NCBI GenBank assembly: GCA_030695905.1
Contig: JAUYOL010000043.1
Span: 998 to 64,997 of the forward strand
Origin: Candidatus Omnitrophota bacterium
GTDB lineage: Bacteria; Omnitrophota; Gorgyraeia; 2-01-FULL-45-10
Direction of reading: 5' to 3'
DNA length: 64,000 nucleotides
Each line of letters opens with the position of its first letter. Within the stretch, counting starts at the first letter, position 1. Positions 49,062-60,200 of the stretch are shown here, one piece after another. The position numbers were made by a program, and so were the translations under genes. The notes below the pieces were generated by a model that searched no databases, was not told the origin of the DNA, and saw nothing but the letters and a program-made list of their open reading frames with translations.

Positions 49062-49436
49062 TTATTCTCCGCTTATGAATTTTCTAAAATCTTCCATTGC
49101 GGTTTTGAATGTTTGTGGATTGGTTTGCCAGTCGATATATCTTGGCATCTGTGTAACCCATTCTTCAAAGAGCGCCCATCTTAATTTAGCCATCTGCGCC
49201 TGTTCTTCGCTTAAGCCAAGATTGCCCTTTATGCTGGGCTGCATAGTCGGAAGATTGGAATTTCCTTTGTAATTTCTTATTGGGGTGACTTTGCCCGTAA
49301 GCATATTATATTTTGACGGTATCTGCACGCCCGCGATCTCATAATTTACCGTGCGTATAAATAGGGACTTGTATGAAATAGCGATAAGCGCAAACAAGCC
49401 CAGTGTTACCAGCGCCGGAATCATAATTTTCTTCAT
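49062..49436 (-). CDS. Hypothetical membrane-anchored protein
   Basis: GGAGA SD, N-terminal TM. Confidence 0.7.
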   Translation of the reverse strand: MKKIMIPALVTLGLFALIAISYKSLFIRTVNYEIAGVQIPSKYNMLTGKVTPIRNYKGNSNLPTMQPSIKGNLGLSEEQAQMAKLRWALFEEWVTQMPRYIDWQTNPQTFKTAMEDFRKFISGE

Positions 49437-49446
49437 ATTTTTCTCC

Positions 49447-50172
49447 TTAATTTAGCATCTCTATTTTGTACAGGTCGCTGTACGTCCCGGTTACCCATAA
49501 ATTCATTCCATCCCACGCTACGCCGGTGGTCTTCTTTACGGGTGACTTGAAATATCCTAATATATCAAATGTGTCGGCATCAACCTTATAAACTTTATTA
49601 TCGTACCAGGAGCTTACCCATAAGCTTTTTCCGTCCCATGCTATCTGGCAAGGCTCCTGTATATTATCTATTCCGTGTCTATTTAAGATGTTAAACTCAT
49701 CATCCATTTTCAAGAGATGAAATTTGGTGCCGGCAATAGACCTCGTCCAGGTTATTACAAATAGATTTTTCCCGTTCCAAACAGCTCCGGTTGGGTGTGC
49801 CGGAGCAAGCAGCGCTTCTTTTTCCACTGCCATATTGTTGTTTTCAATACGAGTTGTGTATATCTTCTTTGAGTCCCAATCCGTAACTATATATACGTCT
49901 TTGCTTCTGGATGTTACGGCCTCAGTAAAAGTACCGACAGGTTTTATTTCTGCGGATACTTTACCGCTGCCTGGATCGACCACCCACGTCATGCCTTTAA
50001 GCCCGTTCGCGACCCAGATGTTTTTACCGTCGAAGTACAGCCCTTCGTGATACCACGTCGGTATTTCCACCCTGGCCACAACCTTGGTCTTTATAAGGTT
50101 ATCTTCTTTGGGGGAAAATCCGCAAAGGCAAAATATAAGCGCTGTAAAAGTTAAAAATTTTAAGGTCTTCAT
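49447..50172 (-). CDS. Secreted beta-propeller protein (glutaminyl cyclase-like repeats), possible lipoprotein
   Basis: Repeats EGLYFDGKNIW, GAVWNGKNLF, IAWDGKSLW, VAWDGMNLW; signal with FCLCG. Confidence 0.65.
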   Translation of the reverse strand: MKTLKFLTFTALIFCLCGFSPKEDNLIKTKVVARVEIPTWYHEGLYFDGKNIWVANGLKGMTWVVDPGSGKVSAEIKPVGTFTEAVTSRSKDVYIVTDWDSKKIYTTRIENNNMAVEKEALLAPAHPTGAVWNGKNLFVITWTRSIAGTKFHLLKMDDEFNILNRHGIDNIQEPCQIAWDGKSLWVSSWYDNKVYKVDADTFDILGYFKSPVKKTTGVAWDGMNLWVTGTYSDLYKIEMLN

Positions 50173-50174
50173 TC

Positions 50175-50864
50175 TTAAAATTTGTAATAAATTCCGCTCG
50201 ATAACGAAGTCTCATCTATAAAATGGCCTTCGACGCTTAAGTACGTATTTTTTGTGATTTTAACGTCGCAGCCTATGACTACGCCGGTATAGTATGCCGG
50301 CGGGCGGTTTTTTCTGTCGATATCATTTGTCTTTTGAATCAAGTTCCCATAGGATAATTTGGCGCCGGCAAAAGGCGTCATTCTGCCTATCTCCCTGGAA
50401 GAGACAAGCGACACCTGCCAGTCTTCATATATTGCCATGCGTTTGTCGCCGTTTAAATTTCTGTTGGCAGGATGCGTGCTTGTGTGTTGAAAACCGGTCA
50501 CCACGCGTACCTTATTTTTATCGTCATCAAGTACCCGCAGCCTGAAGCCATACCCTCCCGCCAAACCGTAATTGTGGTCTACTTTAGGATGGACGCCTCC
50601 TTTTTCCCGGACGTTGCCAAATCCGATCTTTCCGTCAAGGGTAAGCCAATCGAAGACGCCATATGACAAGGTGTAGTAATTCTGTAAGCTTTTGATGTTT
50701 CCGTAGGAGTTGCTCAGGTCGTGTTTGAATACGCTGTTGTTCTGATATCCGGTAATATATTTACCCTTGTAGGGTATATTTGTTCCGTCGGTGGGTGCCG
50801 CGTGGATATTTATGGAACATAGCAAGAACAAAATAATAACGCCATATACAATATATTTGCGCAT
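50175..50864 (-). CDS. Putative outer-membrane beta-barrel protein
   Basis: Signal peptide; amphipathic strands (LSYGVFDWLTLDGKIG, PFAGAKLS); C-terminal YYKF. Confidence 0.65.
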   Translation of the reverse strand: MRKYIVYGVIILFLLCSINIHAAPTDGTNIPYKGKYITGYQNNSVFKHDLSNSYGNIKSLQNYYTLSYGVFDWLTLDGKIGFGNVREKGGVHPKVDHNYGLAGGYGFRLRVLDDDKNKVRVVTGFQHTSTHPANRNLNGDKRMAIYEDWQVSLVSSREIGRMTPFAGAKLSYGNLIQKTNDIDRKNRPPAYYTGVVIGCDVKITKNTYLSVEGHFIDETSLSSGIYYKF

Positions 50865-50882
50865 ATGGCGTATTTTACTATA

Positions 50883-52547
50883 TTACCTATCGTATGTCGA
50901 GTAATAATACGGTGTGTGTGCCTTGAATTCGGCGGCGCATGTATCAACTAGTTTAAAATCTGGCTCTATACTCTTGGATTTTCTTAAAGCCCTTATTTCG
51001 TTCTCATCTTTACCCAACAGCATAGCGAGTTGCTTATCGCTGAATCCGTATTGTTTGGCATGGACAAGAAGACTGTCCGCTATATTGTCCTTATGTTTTA
51101 TTATCTGGCCTTCAAGCTCTATTATCTCTTTTATGTTATGCAGAAACCATCTGTCTATTTTTGTCATCTCGTATATTTTCTCTATATCGATAGACGCTCG
51201 TAAAGCGTCGCCTATGTAAAATACTCTCTCGGCGCAAGGCGTCCTTAGTTTTTCGTAAATCATATTTAATGTATCTTCACTTGCCTTTACATTTCCGAGA
51301 CAATCTTTGAAAAGCATGGTTTCAAGCCCGCTCTTTTTAATTTCCAGTGAGCGCAACCCTTTCTGCAGGGATTCCTTAAACGTTCTTCCGATAGACATTG
51401 CCTCTCCGACCGATTTCATCGATACTGTAAGCGTGGGGTCAGCAAGCGGAAATTTCTCGAATGTAAACCTCGGTATCTTCACCACGCAATAATCTATAGA
51501 AGGTTCAAAGCATGCAGGCGTCTCTTTTGTGATATCATTAGGTATTTCATCAAGAGTGTAGCCTACCGCCAACTTTGCGGCTATCTTTGCTATGGGAAAA
51601 CCCGTAGCTTTTGATGCCAAAGACGAGCTTCTCGAGACTCTTGGGTTCATCTCTATGACTACCATTCGGCCTGTATCGGGATTTACCGCAAACTGTATAT
51701 TCGATCCGCCGGTCTCAACCCCTATCTCCCTGATGCAGGCTATTGAAGCGTCCCTCATCTTCTGATATTCCCTATCGGTGAGTGTCTGTATGGGCGCTAC
51801 AGTGATAGAGTCACCTGTATGCACTCCCATTGGATCGAAGTTCTCAATAGAACATATTACAACGACGTTATCTTTCTTATCGCGCATTACCTCGAGCTCG
51901 AACTCCTTCCAGCCTATTACAGATTCTTCAACCAATATTTCGCTTATCATGCTGGATTCAAGTCCTATCTTGGCGCGTTCCCTGAATTCTTCTATATTAT
52001 AAGCCACACTACCGCCGGTGCCTCCAAGCGTAAAACTCGGCCTTATTATCACAGGAAAGCCTATCTTCTCCGCAACCACGCACGCCGTCTTTAAATCATA
52101 TGCCTTATCGCTTCTTGGAAGATCGAGGCCGATCTTTTGCATAGCTTCCTTGAATAAACGCCTGTCTTCACCCTTCTTTATGGATTTTATGTCGGCTCCT
52201 ATGGTCTCTACCTTGTATTTTTTTAAGATTCCTTTTTCGGCAAGGCCTATCGTAGTGTTAAGCGCGGTCTGGCCGCCAAGGGTCGGCAGCAGCGCGTCAG
52301 GCCTTTCCTTTTCGATGATCTTTTCTATCGCTTCTACGGTTATCGGCTCAATATATGTTCTGTCTGCCATTTCCGGATCCGTCATGATTGTAGCCGGATT
52401 CGAATTGACCAATATTATTTTATAGCCATCCTGCCTCAGGACCTTACATGCCTGTGAACCTGAATAATCAAATTCGCACGCCTGGCCTATTACTATGGGC
52501 CCGGAGCCGATTATCAATATCTTCTTTATGTCAGTTCTTTTAGGCAT
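50883..52547 (-). CDS. carB: Carbamoyl-phosphate synthase large subunit, N-terminal half
   Basis: [45 protein letters not shown]; ends VDTCAAEF...YYYSTYDR*. Confidence 0.95.
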   Translation of the reverse strand: MPKRTDIKKILIIGSGPIVIGQACEFDYSGSQACKVLRQDGYKIILVNSNPATIMTDPEMADRTYIEPITVEAIEKIIEKERPDALLPTLGGQTALNTTIGLAEKGILKKYKVETIGADIKSIKKGEDRRLFKEAMQKIGLDLPRSDKAYDLKTACVVAEKIGFPVIIRPSFTLGGTGGSVAYNIEEFRERAKIGLESSMISEILVEESVIGWKEFELEVMRDKKDNVVVICSIENFDPMGVHTGDSITVAPIQTLTDREYQKMRDASIACIREIGVETGGSNIQFAVNPDTGRMVVIEMNPRVSRSSSLASKATGFPIAKIAAKLAVGYTLDEIPNDITKETPACFEPSIDYCVVKIPRFTFEKFPLADPTLTVSMKSVGEAMSIGRTFKESLQKGLRSLEIKKSGLETMLFKDCLGNVKASEDTLNMIYEKLRTPCAERVFYIGDALRASIDIEKIYEMTKIDRWFLHNIKEIIELEGQIIKHKDNIADSLLVHAKQYGFSDKQLAMLLGKDENEIRALRKSKSIEPDFKLVDTCAAEFKAHTPYYYSTYDR

Positions 52548-53619
52548 GTTTCTTCATCATTTCCTTAAAATTTTCGAATAGATACTTAGCATCATGAGGA
52601 CCCGGGCTGCACTCGGGGTGGAATTGGACAGAAAATATGGGCAGCTTCTTGTGCCTGATGCCCTCCAGCGTCTTGTCGTTCAGGTTCATGTGGGTAATTT
52701 CCAGCTCTTTTTTGTTTAATGTGTCTATGTCAACGCAGTAACCGTGATTTTGGACAGTTATGGCAACTTTTCCGGTCTTCAAATCCTTTACCGGCTGATT
52801 TCCGCCGTGATGTCCGAACTTTAGCTTATAAGTCTTGCCTCCAAATGCCTGGCCTAACATCTGATGTCCTAAGCATATTCCGAATATGGGAACCTTGCCG
52901 ATAAGTTCCCGTACCGTCTTTACTATGTATTGCAACGCTGCCGGGTCCCCCGGCCCGTTTGATAATAGGACGCCATGTGGTTTATGATCCAAGATCTCTT
53001 TGCTGGTAGCCGTTGCCGGCAAAACCATTACCTTGCAGTCGTTTTTTGCCAACTCTCGCAGCATGTTATATTTAACACCGCAATCGAGTACTACAACTTT
53101 GAATTTTCCTTTATTACTCCACTCGTAGCCTTTTTGCGCCACTACCTCTTTGACAAGGTCTCGTCCTTCAAGCCCAGGTGAGGCTTTTGCTTTGTCTATC
53201 AGACTCTTTTCGTTGAAATCAACCGTTGATAATATTGCTTTCATTGCGCCGGCTTCTCTGATATGCAGAGTGAGAGAGCGCGTATCGATGCCTTCTATGC
53301 CTAAGATATCAAATTCTTTTAAATATTCACCAAGGGATTTTTTAGAACGCCAGCTGCTGGCTATTTTTGAACATTCTTTGACTATGAAGCCCTCGACAAA
53401 AGGCTTGCGAGATTCCACGTCCTCGTCATTTACGCCGTAATTGCCTATCAAAGGATAGGTCATAGTTACCATCTGACCTTTGTAGGATGGGTCTGTGAGG
53501 ATCTCCTGGTAGCCCGCCATACTTGTATTAAAAACCACTTCCGCGCATCTTTCGCCGGCGGCGCCGAAAGACTTGCCTTTGTAGATCTTACCGTCTTCTA
53601 ACGCGAGTATCGCATTCAT
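52540..53619 (-). CDS. carA: Carbamoyl-phosphate synthase small subunit
   Basis: TDPSY, SNGPGDP, GICLGHQ, QNHG, QFHPE. Confidence 0.97.
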   Translation of the reverse strand: MNAILALEDGKIYKGKSFGAAGERCAEVVFNTSMAGYQEILTDPSYKGQMVTMTYPLIGNYGVNDEDVESRKPFVEGFIVKECSKIASSWRSKKSLGEYLKEFDILGIEGIDTRSLTLHIREAGAMKAILSTVDFNEKSLIDKAKASPGLEGRDLVKEVVAQKGYEWSNKGKFKVVVLDCGVKYNMLRELAKNDCKVMVLPATATSKEILDHKPHGVLLSNGPGDPAALQYIVKTVRELIGKVPIFGICLGHQMLGQAFGGKTYKLKFGHHGGNQPVKDLKTGKVAITVQNHGYCVDIDTLNKKELEITHMNLNDKTLEGIRHKKLPIFSVQFHPECSPGPHDAKYLFENFKEMMKKHA

Positions 53620-55229
53620 TTCTGGGCTTTTCCGTACTTCAACGCGGCTGTTATAAAATCCCTGAAGAGGGGATGCGGCCTGTCCGGCTTCGATTTAAAT
53701 TCCGGATGGTATTGAACCGCTATAAAATATGGATGTTTTGTTATTTCCACGGTCTCAACGAGATTTTTCTTGGGATAAATACCGGAGAATGTCATGCCTT
53801 TTTTCTCCAACAAACCTTTGTATTTGTTATTAAATTCATATCTGTGCCGATGTCTTTCAAGCACCAGCCCCTTTTTATAGGCCTTATGCGCGAGACTGCC
53901 CTTCTTTATTCTGCAGGGATAAACACCCAAGCGCATTGTGCCGCCCATATCTTTTATGTGTTTTTGTTCCTCAAGCAGGCTTATAACGGGGTGTTTAGAT
54001 TTTTTATCGAACTCCGTTGAATTAGCATTTTTCAGTCTGCATACGTTTCGCGAAAATTCTATTACCGCGCACTGCATGCCAAGGCATAGTCCAAGGAACG
54101 GGATATTGTTTTCCCTGGCGTATCTTATAGCTTCAACCTTACCTTCTATCCCTCGATATCCAAATCCCCCCGGCACCAGTATTCCGGATACATCATCTAA
54201 GAGGTTCCCAATGCCATGTTTTTCTATCTCCTCGGAATCTATCTTCTTTATTGTAACCTTGGCATCATTATATATGCCGGCATGTACCAGCGATTCATAT
54301 ATGGATTTATAGGCGTCCTGTAAACCTATATATTTCCCTACGACGGCGACTGTGACCTTGTGCCGCGGATGTATTGCCCTTTCAACAACGAATTTTGCCC
54401 AATCTTTGAGGTCAGTTGACCTGGATTTTAATTTAAAATGATCAAGTATTATCTTGTCCAGCCCTTGTTCTTTGAAGATAAGAGGAACCTGATAAATAGA
54501 TTCCGCGTCCCTGGCTTCTATTACGGAGGCTTTATTGACATTGCAGAATAATGATATCTTTTCCTTCACGTCGTCCGAGAGCGCCTTCTCTGTCCTGCAA
54601 ATAAGAATATCGGGCTGGATGCCTATCTCGCGCAATTTCCCCACGCTATGCTGCGTAGGCTTTGTCTTTATCTCTTCTGCGCTGCGAACGTAAGGTATGA
54701 GAGTGAGGTGCACGTATAGGGCATTATGATATCCGACTTCAAGCCTGAACTGCCTGGCAGCTTCTAAGAACGGGAGGCTCTCTATATCTCCCACAGTTCC
54801 GCCTATCTCGACTATCAGTATCTCGGCGTTTGAAACTTGTGCGGCTTTTCTTACCCGGTCTTTTATTTCATTTGTAATATGCGGTATTACCTGGATAGTC
54901 TTACCGAGATAATCGCCGCGTCTTTCTCTGGCTATTACCGCGTTATAGACCTGGCCGGTAGTTGCGTTAGAGAATTTTGTTGTTTCGGTATTGATAAATC
55001 TTTCGTAATGGCCGAGGTCAAGATCCGTTTCAGCGCCATCTTCTGTCACATAAACTTCCCCATGCTGATAAGGATTCATTGTGCCCGGGTCAACATTAAT
55101 GTAGGGATCGAGTTTCATCATCGCAACCCTGAAGCCGCGTGATTCCATAATCTTGCCTATGGATGCTGAAGCGATGCCTTTACCCAGACTTGATATAACA
55201 CCACCGGTAGTAAAAATGTACTTTGTCAT
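53616..55229 (-). CDS. pyrG: CTP synthase
   Basis: [41 protein letters not shown]. Confidence 0.97.
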   Translation of the reverse strand: MTKYIFTTGGVISSLGKGIASASIGKIMESRGFRVAMMKLDPYINVDPGTMNPYQHGEVYVTEDGAETDLDLGHYERFINTETTKFSNATTGQVYNAVIARERRGDYLGKTIQVIPHITNEIKDRVRKAAQVSNAEILIVEIGGTVGDIESLPFLEAARQFRLEVGYHNALYVHLTLIPYVRSAEEIKTKPTQHSVGKLREIGIQPDILICRTEKALSDDVKEKISLFCNVNKASVIEARDAESIYQVPLIFKEQGLDKIILDHFKLKSRSTDLKDWAKFVVERAIHPRHKVTVAVVGKYIGLQDAYKSIYESLVHAGIYNDAKVTIKKIDSEEIEKHGIGNLLDDVSGILVPGGFGYRGIEGKVEAIRYARENNIPFLGLCLGMQCAVIEFSRNVCRLKNANSTEFDKKSKHPVISLLEEQKHIKDMGGTMRLGVYPCRIKKGSLAHKAYKKGLVLERHRHRYEFNNKYKGLLEKKGMTFSGIYPKKNLVETVEITKHPYFIAVQYHPEFKSKPDRPHPLFRDFITAALKYGKAQK

Positions 55230-55253
55230 GCTTTTCTTCCCTTTATGCTTATC

Positions 55254-55315
55254 AAAAAAATAGCGTTTTTTTTTAGGCCGGGATTATCCGGTTTTCAAAA
55301 AAAACGCTATTTTTT
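55254..55315 (-). terminator. Long terminator-like hairpin in the pyrG leader (candidate attenuator)
   Basis: About 19-bp arms A6-TAGCG-T8/A9-CGCTA-T7 lying between a TTGACA-N16-TACAAT promoter (55347-55374) and the pyrG start. Confidence 0.65.
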
Positions 55316-55376
55316 AAAACGTTAGTTCTTCGTTGAACCTGCGATGATTGTATCACAACGTTTTAAATTGTCAATA

Positions 55377-55775
55377 TTATTTTTGCGCGAACTTTTTTGC
55401 TACGCGCCTCTCTTTATTTTTATTGTAAAGCTTTTCGCCCAACCACTCTCTGGCTAACGTATCCTTATCGACGCCTTTTTCTTTCCAGTCGTATTCCATA
55501 ATAACGGCTGTCTTAAGGACTTTCCATACGGGTTCGCTTAAAAGATTCGGCTTCTTTTCATATAATCTGTCCAATTTTTTACAATAAAACGGAGCGTCTT
55601 TGGATATCGTAACGCCCTGTTTTTTTACATCTTTAATAAAATCCTTAGCAAGCTGAATTCGCGCTTTTTTATCTACCTTTAGCCAATCGTTTCCTGTGAC
55701 GGGTTTGCCTTGAGCGAACGCAAGCCCTGCGCAAAAAGCAATTATAAGTAGTGCAGATATTATTTTTCTCATCAT
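55377..55775 (-). CDS. Hypothetical secreted protein
   Basis: GGAGG SD; signal ending AFA; TTGACT-N17-TATCAT at 55797-55825. Confidence 0.75.
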   Translation of the reverse strand: MMRKIISALLIIAFCAGLAFAQGKPVTGNDWLKVDKKARIQLAKDFIKDVKKQGVTISKDAPFYCKKLDRLYEKKPNLLSEPVWKVLKTAVIMEYDWKEKGVDKDTLAREWLGEKLYNKNKERRVAKKFAQK

Positions 55776-55828
55776 TTCCTCCGGTTAGTATGTTAGATGA
55801 TACCGCTTTTGGATACTTTAGTCAATAT

Positions 55829-57274
55829 CTATAGACAGGGTAGAGAAGATTCGCCGGCAAGGTATTTGTCAATATTGTGCGCCCCGCGGCGGCCCTCTGA
55901 GATGGCCCACACTATAAGCGACTGCCCTCTTCGCATATCGCCGGCGGCAAATACACCTTTATGTGAGGTCATATAGTCTTCGCCCGTTTTGACATTACCC
56001 CTGTTGTCAAATTCAACTTTTAATTCGCGCAATAGATTGTTGTGTTCAGGGTGAACAAAGCCTATGGCAAGTATCACAAGATCTGCATCTATTTCAAACT
56101 CGCTGCCCGGGATCTCTTTCATGATGGGGCAATTTTTCTCGTCTTTCTGGGAAAAATCAAGTTTGACGCAATGGGCCTTTTTGACATTTCCGTTTTGGCC
56201 GGTAAATTTTTTAGTGAGAACGGCCCACTGGCGTTCGCCGCCTTCCTCATGGCTTGTGGACACCTTGAATAGAATAGGATATTTTGGCCATGGAAAATCG
56301 GGCGTTCTGCATTCGGCGGGCTTGCCCAAGACTTCTACCTGCATAACACATGATGCCCCCTGTCTGTGCGCCGTCCCTACGCAATCAGCCCCCGTGTCTC
56401 CGCCGCCTATTATAAGGACCTTTTTATCTTTTGCGTTTATGAGTTCTTCGCGTGGTATTTTATTGCCGGCCACAACGCGGTTTGCCTGTATAAGGTAATC
56501 CATAGCAAAGTGTATGCCTTTTAATTCTCTTCCCTCAACTTTCAGGTCTCGTGGCTGTCTTGACCCGCCGGAAAGGCATATTGCATCGAAATTTTTTAAT
56601 ATCTTTTCAGTTTTATGATCGGTGCCGACATTAGTGGACAAAATAAATTGGATTCCTTCTTTCTTTAGAATATTAATGCGGCGGTCTATGATCTTTTTTT
56701 CGAGTTTGAAGTCAGGAATGCCGTAGCGTAATATTCCGCCAGGCCTGTCATCTTTTTCAAATACTGTAACCTTGTGCCCCGCTTTATTGAGCTGGTCCGC
56801 GCAGGATAGCCCGGCGGGGCCGGAGCCTATTACGGCCACGGATTTTCCTGTGCGTTTTTTTGGAGGCCTTGGTTTGATATAGTTTGAATTAAATGCCCAT
56901 TCTATTATCGAAAGCTCGTTATCTCTTATTGTAACAGACTCATCGTTAATGCCAAGAACGCATGCGTATTCGCACGGAGCCGGGCATATTCTGCCTGTTA
57001 TTTCGGGCAGATTATTTGTTGCGTTTAGAAGTTCGAAAGCTTTTTCCCATTCGCCATGAAAAACAAGGTCGTTCCATTCCGGTATATAATTGCAGACCGG
57101 GCAACCCCAGTGGCAGAAAGGCGTTCCGCAATCCATGCATCTTGAGGCCTGTTCTTCGGAATCCTTCTCGTTGCGCAGCTTGGCTACCCACTCGTGATCC
57201 TGCACCCTCTCGCACACAGGCCGGTAAGGCAATCCCTCTCTCTTTACTTTTAGGAAACCCTTAGGGTCACCCAT
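55829..57274 (-). CDS. gltD: Glutamate synthase small subunit
   Basis: RCMDCGTPFCH..CP, GRICPAPCE..C, GSGPAG, GGGDTG.DC, GDMRRGQSL. Confidence 0.96.
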   Translation of the reverse strand: MGDPKGFLKVKREGLPYRPVCERVQDHEWVAKLRNEKDSEEQASRCMDCGTPFCHWGCPVCNYIPEWNDLVFHGEWEKAFELLNATNNLPEITGRICPAPCEYACVLGINDESVTIRDNELSIIEWAFNSNYIKPRPPKKRTGKSVAVIGSGPAGLSCADQLNKAGHKVTVFEKDDRPGGILRYGIPDFKLEKKIIDRRINILKKEGIQFILSTNVGTDHKTEKILKNFDAICLSGGSRQPRDLKVEGRELKGIHFAMDYLIQANRVVAGNKIPREELINAKDKKVLIIGGGDTGADCVGTAHRQGASCVMQVEVLGKPAECRTPDFPWPKYPILFKVSTSHEEGGERQWAVLTKKFTGQNGNVKKAHCVKLDFSQKDEKNCPIMKEIPGSEFEIDADLVILAIGFVHPEHNNLLRELKVEFDNRGNVKTGEDYMTSHKGVFAAGDMRRGQSLIVWAISEGRRGAHNIDKYLAGESSLPCL

Positions 57275-60200
57275 CCGACACCTCCGACAGGTCCATCTTC
57301 TCCTCGGCTTTTCTTGCCTGAAGTATGCGCTTGTATTCAGTAGGCATTATCTTGACAAAATATTTCTTCTCTTTATAGAAGCTGTCCAGTATCTTTTTGG
57401 CGACATGGCTTTTAGTGTATCTTGTATGGTTAAGCAAAAGGTGTTTTATGGCTTCCTCGTCCTCTGTAGTCAATTTTTCAAGCTCTACCATGCTCATATT
57501 GCATTTGTCTTTGAAAGACTTGTCCCTGTCGAATACATATGCTATGCCGCCCGACATGCCAGCGGCAAAGTTTCTACCGGTTCTGCCCAATATGACGACT
57601 CTTCCGCCGGTCATATATTCACAGCCGTGGTCTCCGACACCTTCTACGACAGCGTTTAAGCCCGAATTTCGTATACAGAACCTTTCGCCGGACACGCCTC
57701 TTATATATGCCTCGCCCGAAATAGCCCCATAGAATGTCGTATTGCCGATAACTATATTTTCTTCGGATTTGTAGGTTGCTCCGTTATCGGGATAGATAAT
57801 TATTTTCCCCCCGGATATGCCTTTGCCTACATAGTCATTTGCCATTCCTTCTAATTCGAATGTAGCTCCTTTTGCCAGAAAGGCTCCAAAACTCTGTCCG
57901 GCGATACCATTAAATTTACAGTTAATAGTATTTTCGGGCAGGCCTTCCTCGCCATATCTTCGGCATACCTCTCCGCTGAGCATTGCGCCCGTTGTTCTAT
58001 TGGTATTATTTATGGATAGTTTTATATTTACCGTATTTTTATTTTCGAGCGCGTCTTTGGCCATTTCAATCAGCTTGATGTCCAGTACGCGTTCAATATT
58101 ATGATTCTGTTTCTTCATGCAGCGTATATCCACACCTTGCGGGACATCAGGTTTAAATAAAATCTTTGAGAAATCTATATCTTTACCTTTCCAGGGTAGC
58201 GCAGATTTATCTGACTCCAGAAGATCCGTTCTCCCGGTCAATTCCTCTAAGGTTCTCACGCCCAGCCGAGCCATTATTTCACGTAATTCTTGCGATACAA
58301 ATTTGAAGTAGTTTATAAGATATTCGGATTTTCCTTTAAACCTTTTCCTTAATATATCATCCTGTGTCGCCACGCCCACAGAACAATTATTTAAATGGCA
58401 GTGCCGCAACATTACGCATCCTAATATAATAAGGGCTGCTGTGCAGAAACCAAATTCTTCAGCCCCTAAAATAGCTGCTATGGCCACGTCCCGGCCCGTA
58501 CGCATCTGCCCATCCGTCTGAAGCCTTACCCTGCTTCTCAAATCGTTAAGCACGAGCGTCTGATGTGTTTCTGACAGTCCTAATTCCCATGGAAGTCCCG
58601 CATGTTTTATCGAGCTCAATGGCGACGCGCCTGTTCCACCGTCTCCACCCGAAATAAGTATCATATCGGCATGCCCTTTCGCGACGCCTGCCGCTATAGT
58701 GCCCACGCCTATCTCCGAAACAAGTTTTACGCTTATGCGCGCGCGCGGATTGGCGTTCTTCAGGTCAAATATAAGTTGTGCCAGATCTTCTATTGAATAT
58801 ATGTCGTGATGGGGAGGCGGCGATATAAGTGTCACGCCCGGTGTGGTGTAGCGTATCTTTGCTATAGTCGCGCTTACCTTATGGCCGGGTAGTTGTCCTC
58901 CCTCTCCCGGCTTTGCTCCTTGCGATATCTTTATCTGCAGCTCATCGGCATTAACCAAATAGTTTGCGGTTACACCGAATCTTCCGGATGCAACCTGTTT
59001 TATTGAACTTCGCGCCGAATCGCCGTTTGGCAGAGGCGTGAATCTTGCAGGGTCTTCTCCGCCCTCTCCGGTATTGGACCTGCCTCCGAGTTTATTCATA
59101 GCTATGGCTATAGCCTCATGGGTCTCTTTGCTTATCGAGCCGAAACTCATCGCTCCTGTCGCAAAGTGCCTGACGATAGACTCTATGGGCTCAACCTCTT
59201 CTATAGGTATGCCATTTTGATCTTTAAATTTTAAGAGGCTTCTTAATGTGCATGGATTTTTAGACTGGTCATTTATTGACCTGGCAAATTCCTTATATTT
59301 TTCATAGTCATTACTCCATGTCGCGTCCTGCAGTTTGGATATAGATTCCGGATTCCATAGATGGAATTCTCCGTCGCGCTTCCACTGGTATAGCCCGCCC
59401 GTTTTTAGATATGGCTCTTCAGTATTCTTTGCAAAAGCATCTTTATGCCTGAGGATCGCCTCTTTAGCTATTATTTCAAATCCTATGCCGCCTATTCTTG
59501 AAACCGTTCCGGTAAAACACGCATCTACTACTTCATTGCCTAAGCCCATCGCCTCGAATATCTGGGCGCCTCTGTAGCTTTGTAATTTAGATATTCCCAT
59601 TTTTGACAAAACTTTTAGTATGCCTTTTTCCACACTCTTTATATAGTTATACCGGCCGTCCTTTTGACTGATGTCGAGTTCGCCTTCATCTATAAGTTGT
59701 CGTACAGCCTCATAGACAAGATATGGATTAATACAATCGGCTCCATATCCGAATAGAAGCGCAAAATGATGAACCTCTCGCGGTTCCGCGCTTTCAACTA
59801 TAATGCCTATCTGTGTTCTGAGCGCGTTTCGTATAAGATGGTGGTGCACCGTGGCGGTTGCCAATAGCGCAGGTATGCTGGCAAATTCCTTGCTGACACC
59901 TCGGTCACTCAAGACTATAAATGTATAACCGTTCTTAATCGCGCTTACAACTTCTTTACATATTACATCGAGCCTCTTCTTCAGTTCTTTCTCACCCGAG
60001 GCTTTGAACAATATGGAGATCGTCTTGGTTTTAAAGTTATTGAGTTTGATACCTTGTATCTTTAGAAGGTCGTCATCTGTCAGGATAGGATGTTTTAATC
60101 TTATCTTGTGACAATGCTTTTCGGATTCGCTCAGAAGGTTCTTCTCTGGGCCTATGTAGCTTTCCAGACTCATTACAAGCTCTTCTCTTATCGGGTCTAT

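Noticed and set aside
48864-49184. 106-aa plus-strand ORF between the carB halves
   Set aside because: Opposes a minus-strand gene and promoter; no protein-like features
47254-52547. carB pseudogene disrupted by a mobile element
   Set aside because: Both halves have intact motifs and proper starts and stops; no transposase, integrase or terminal repeats seen in the insert
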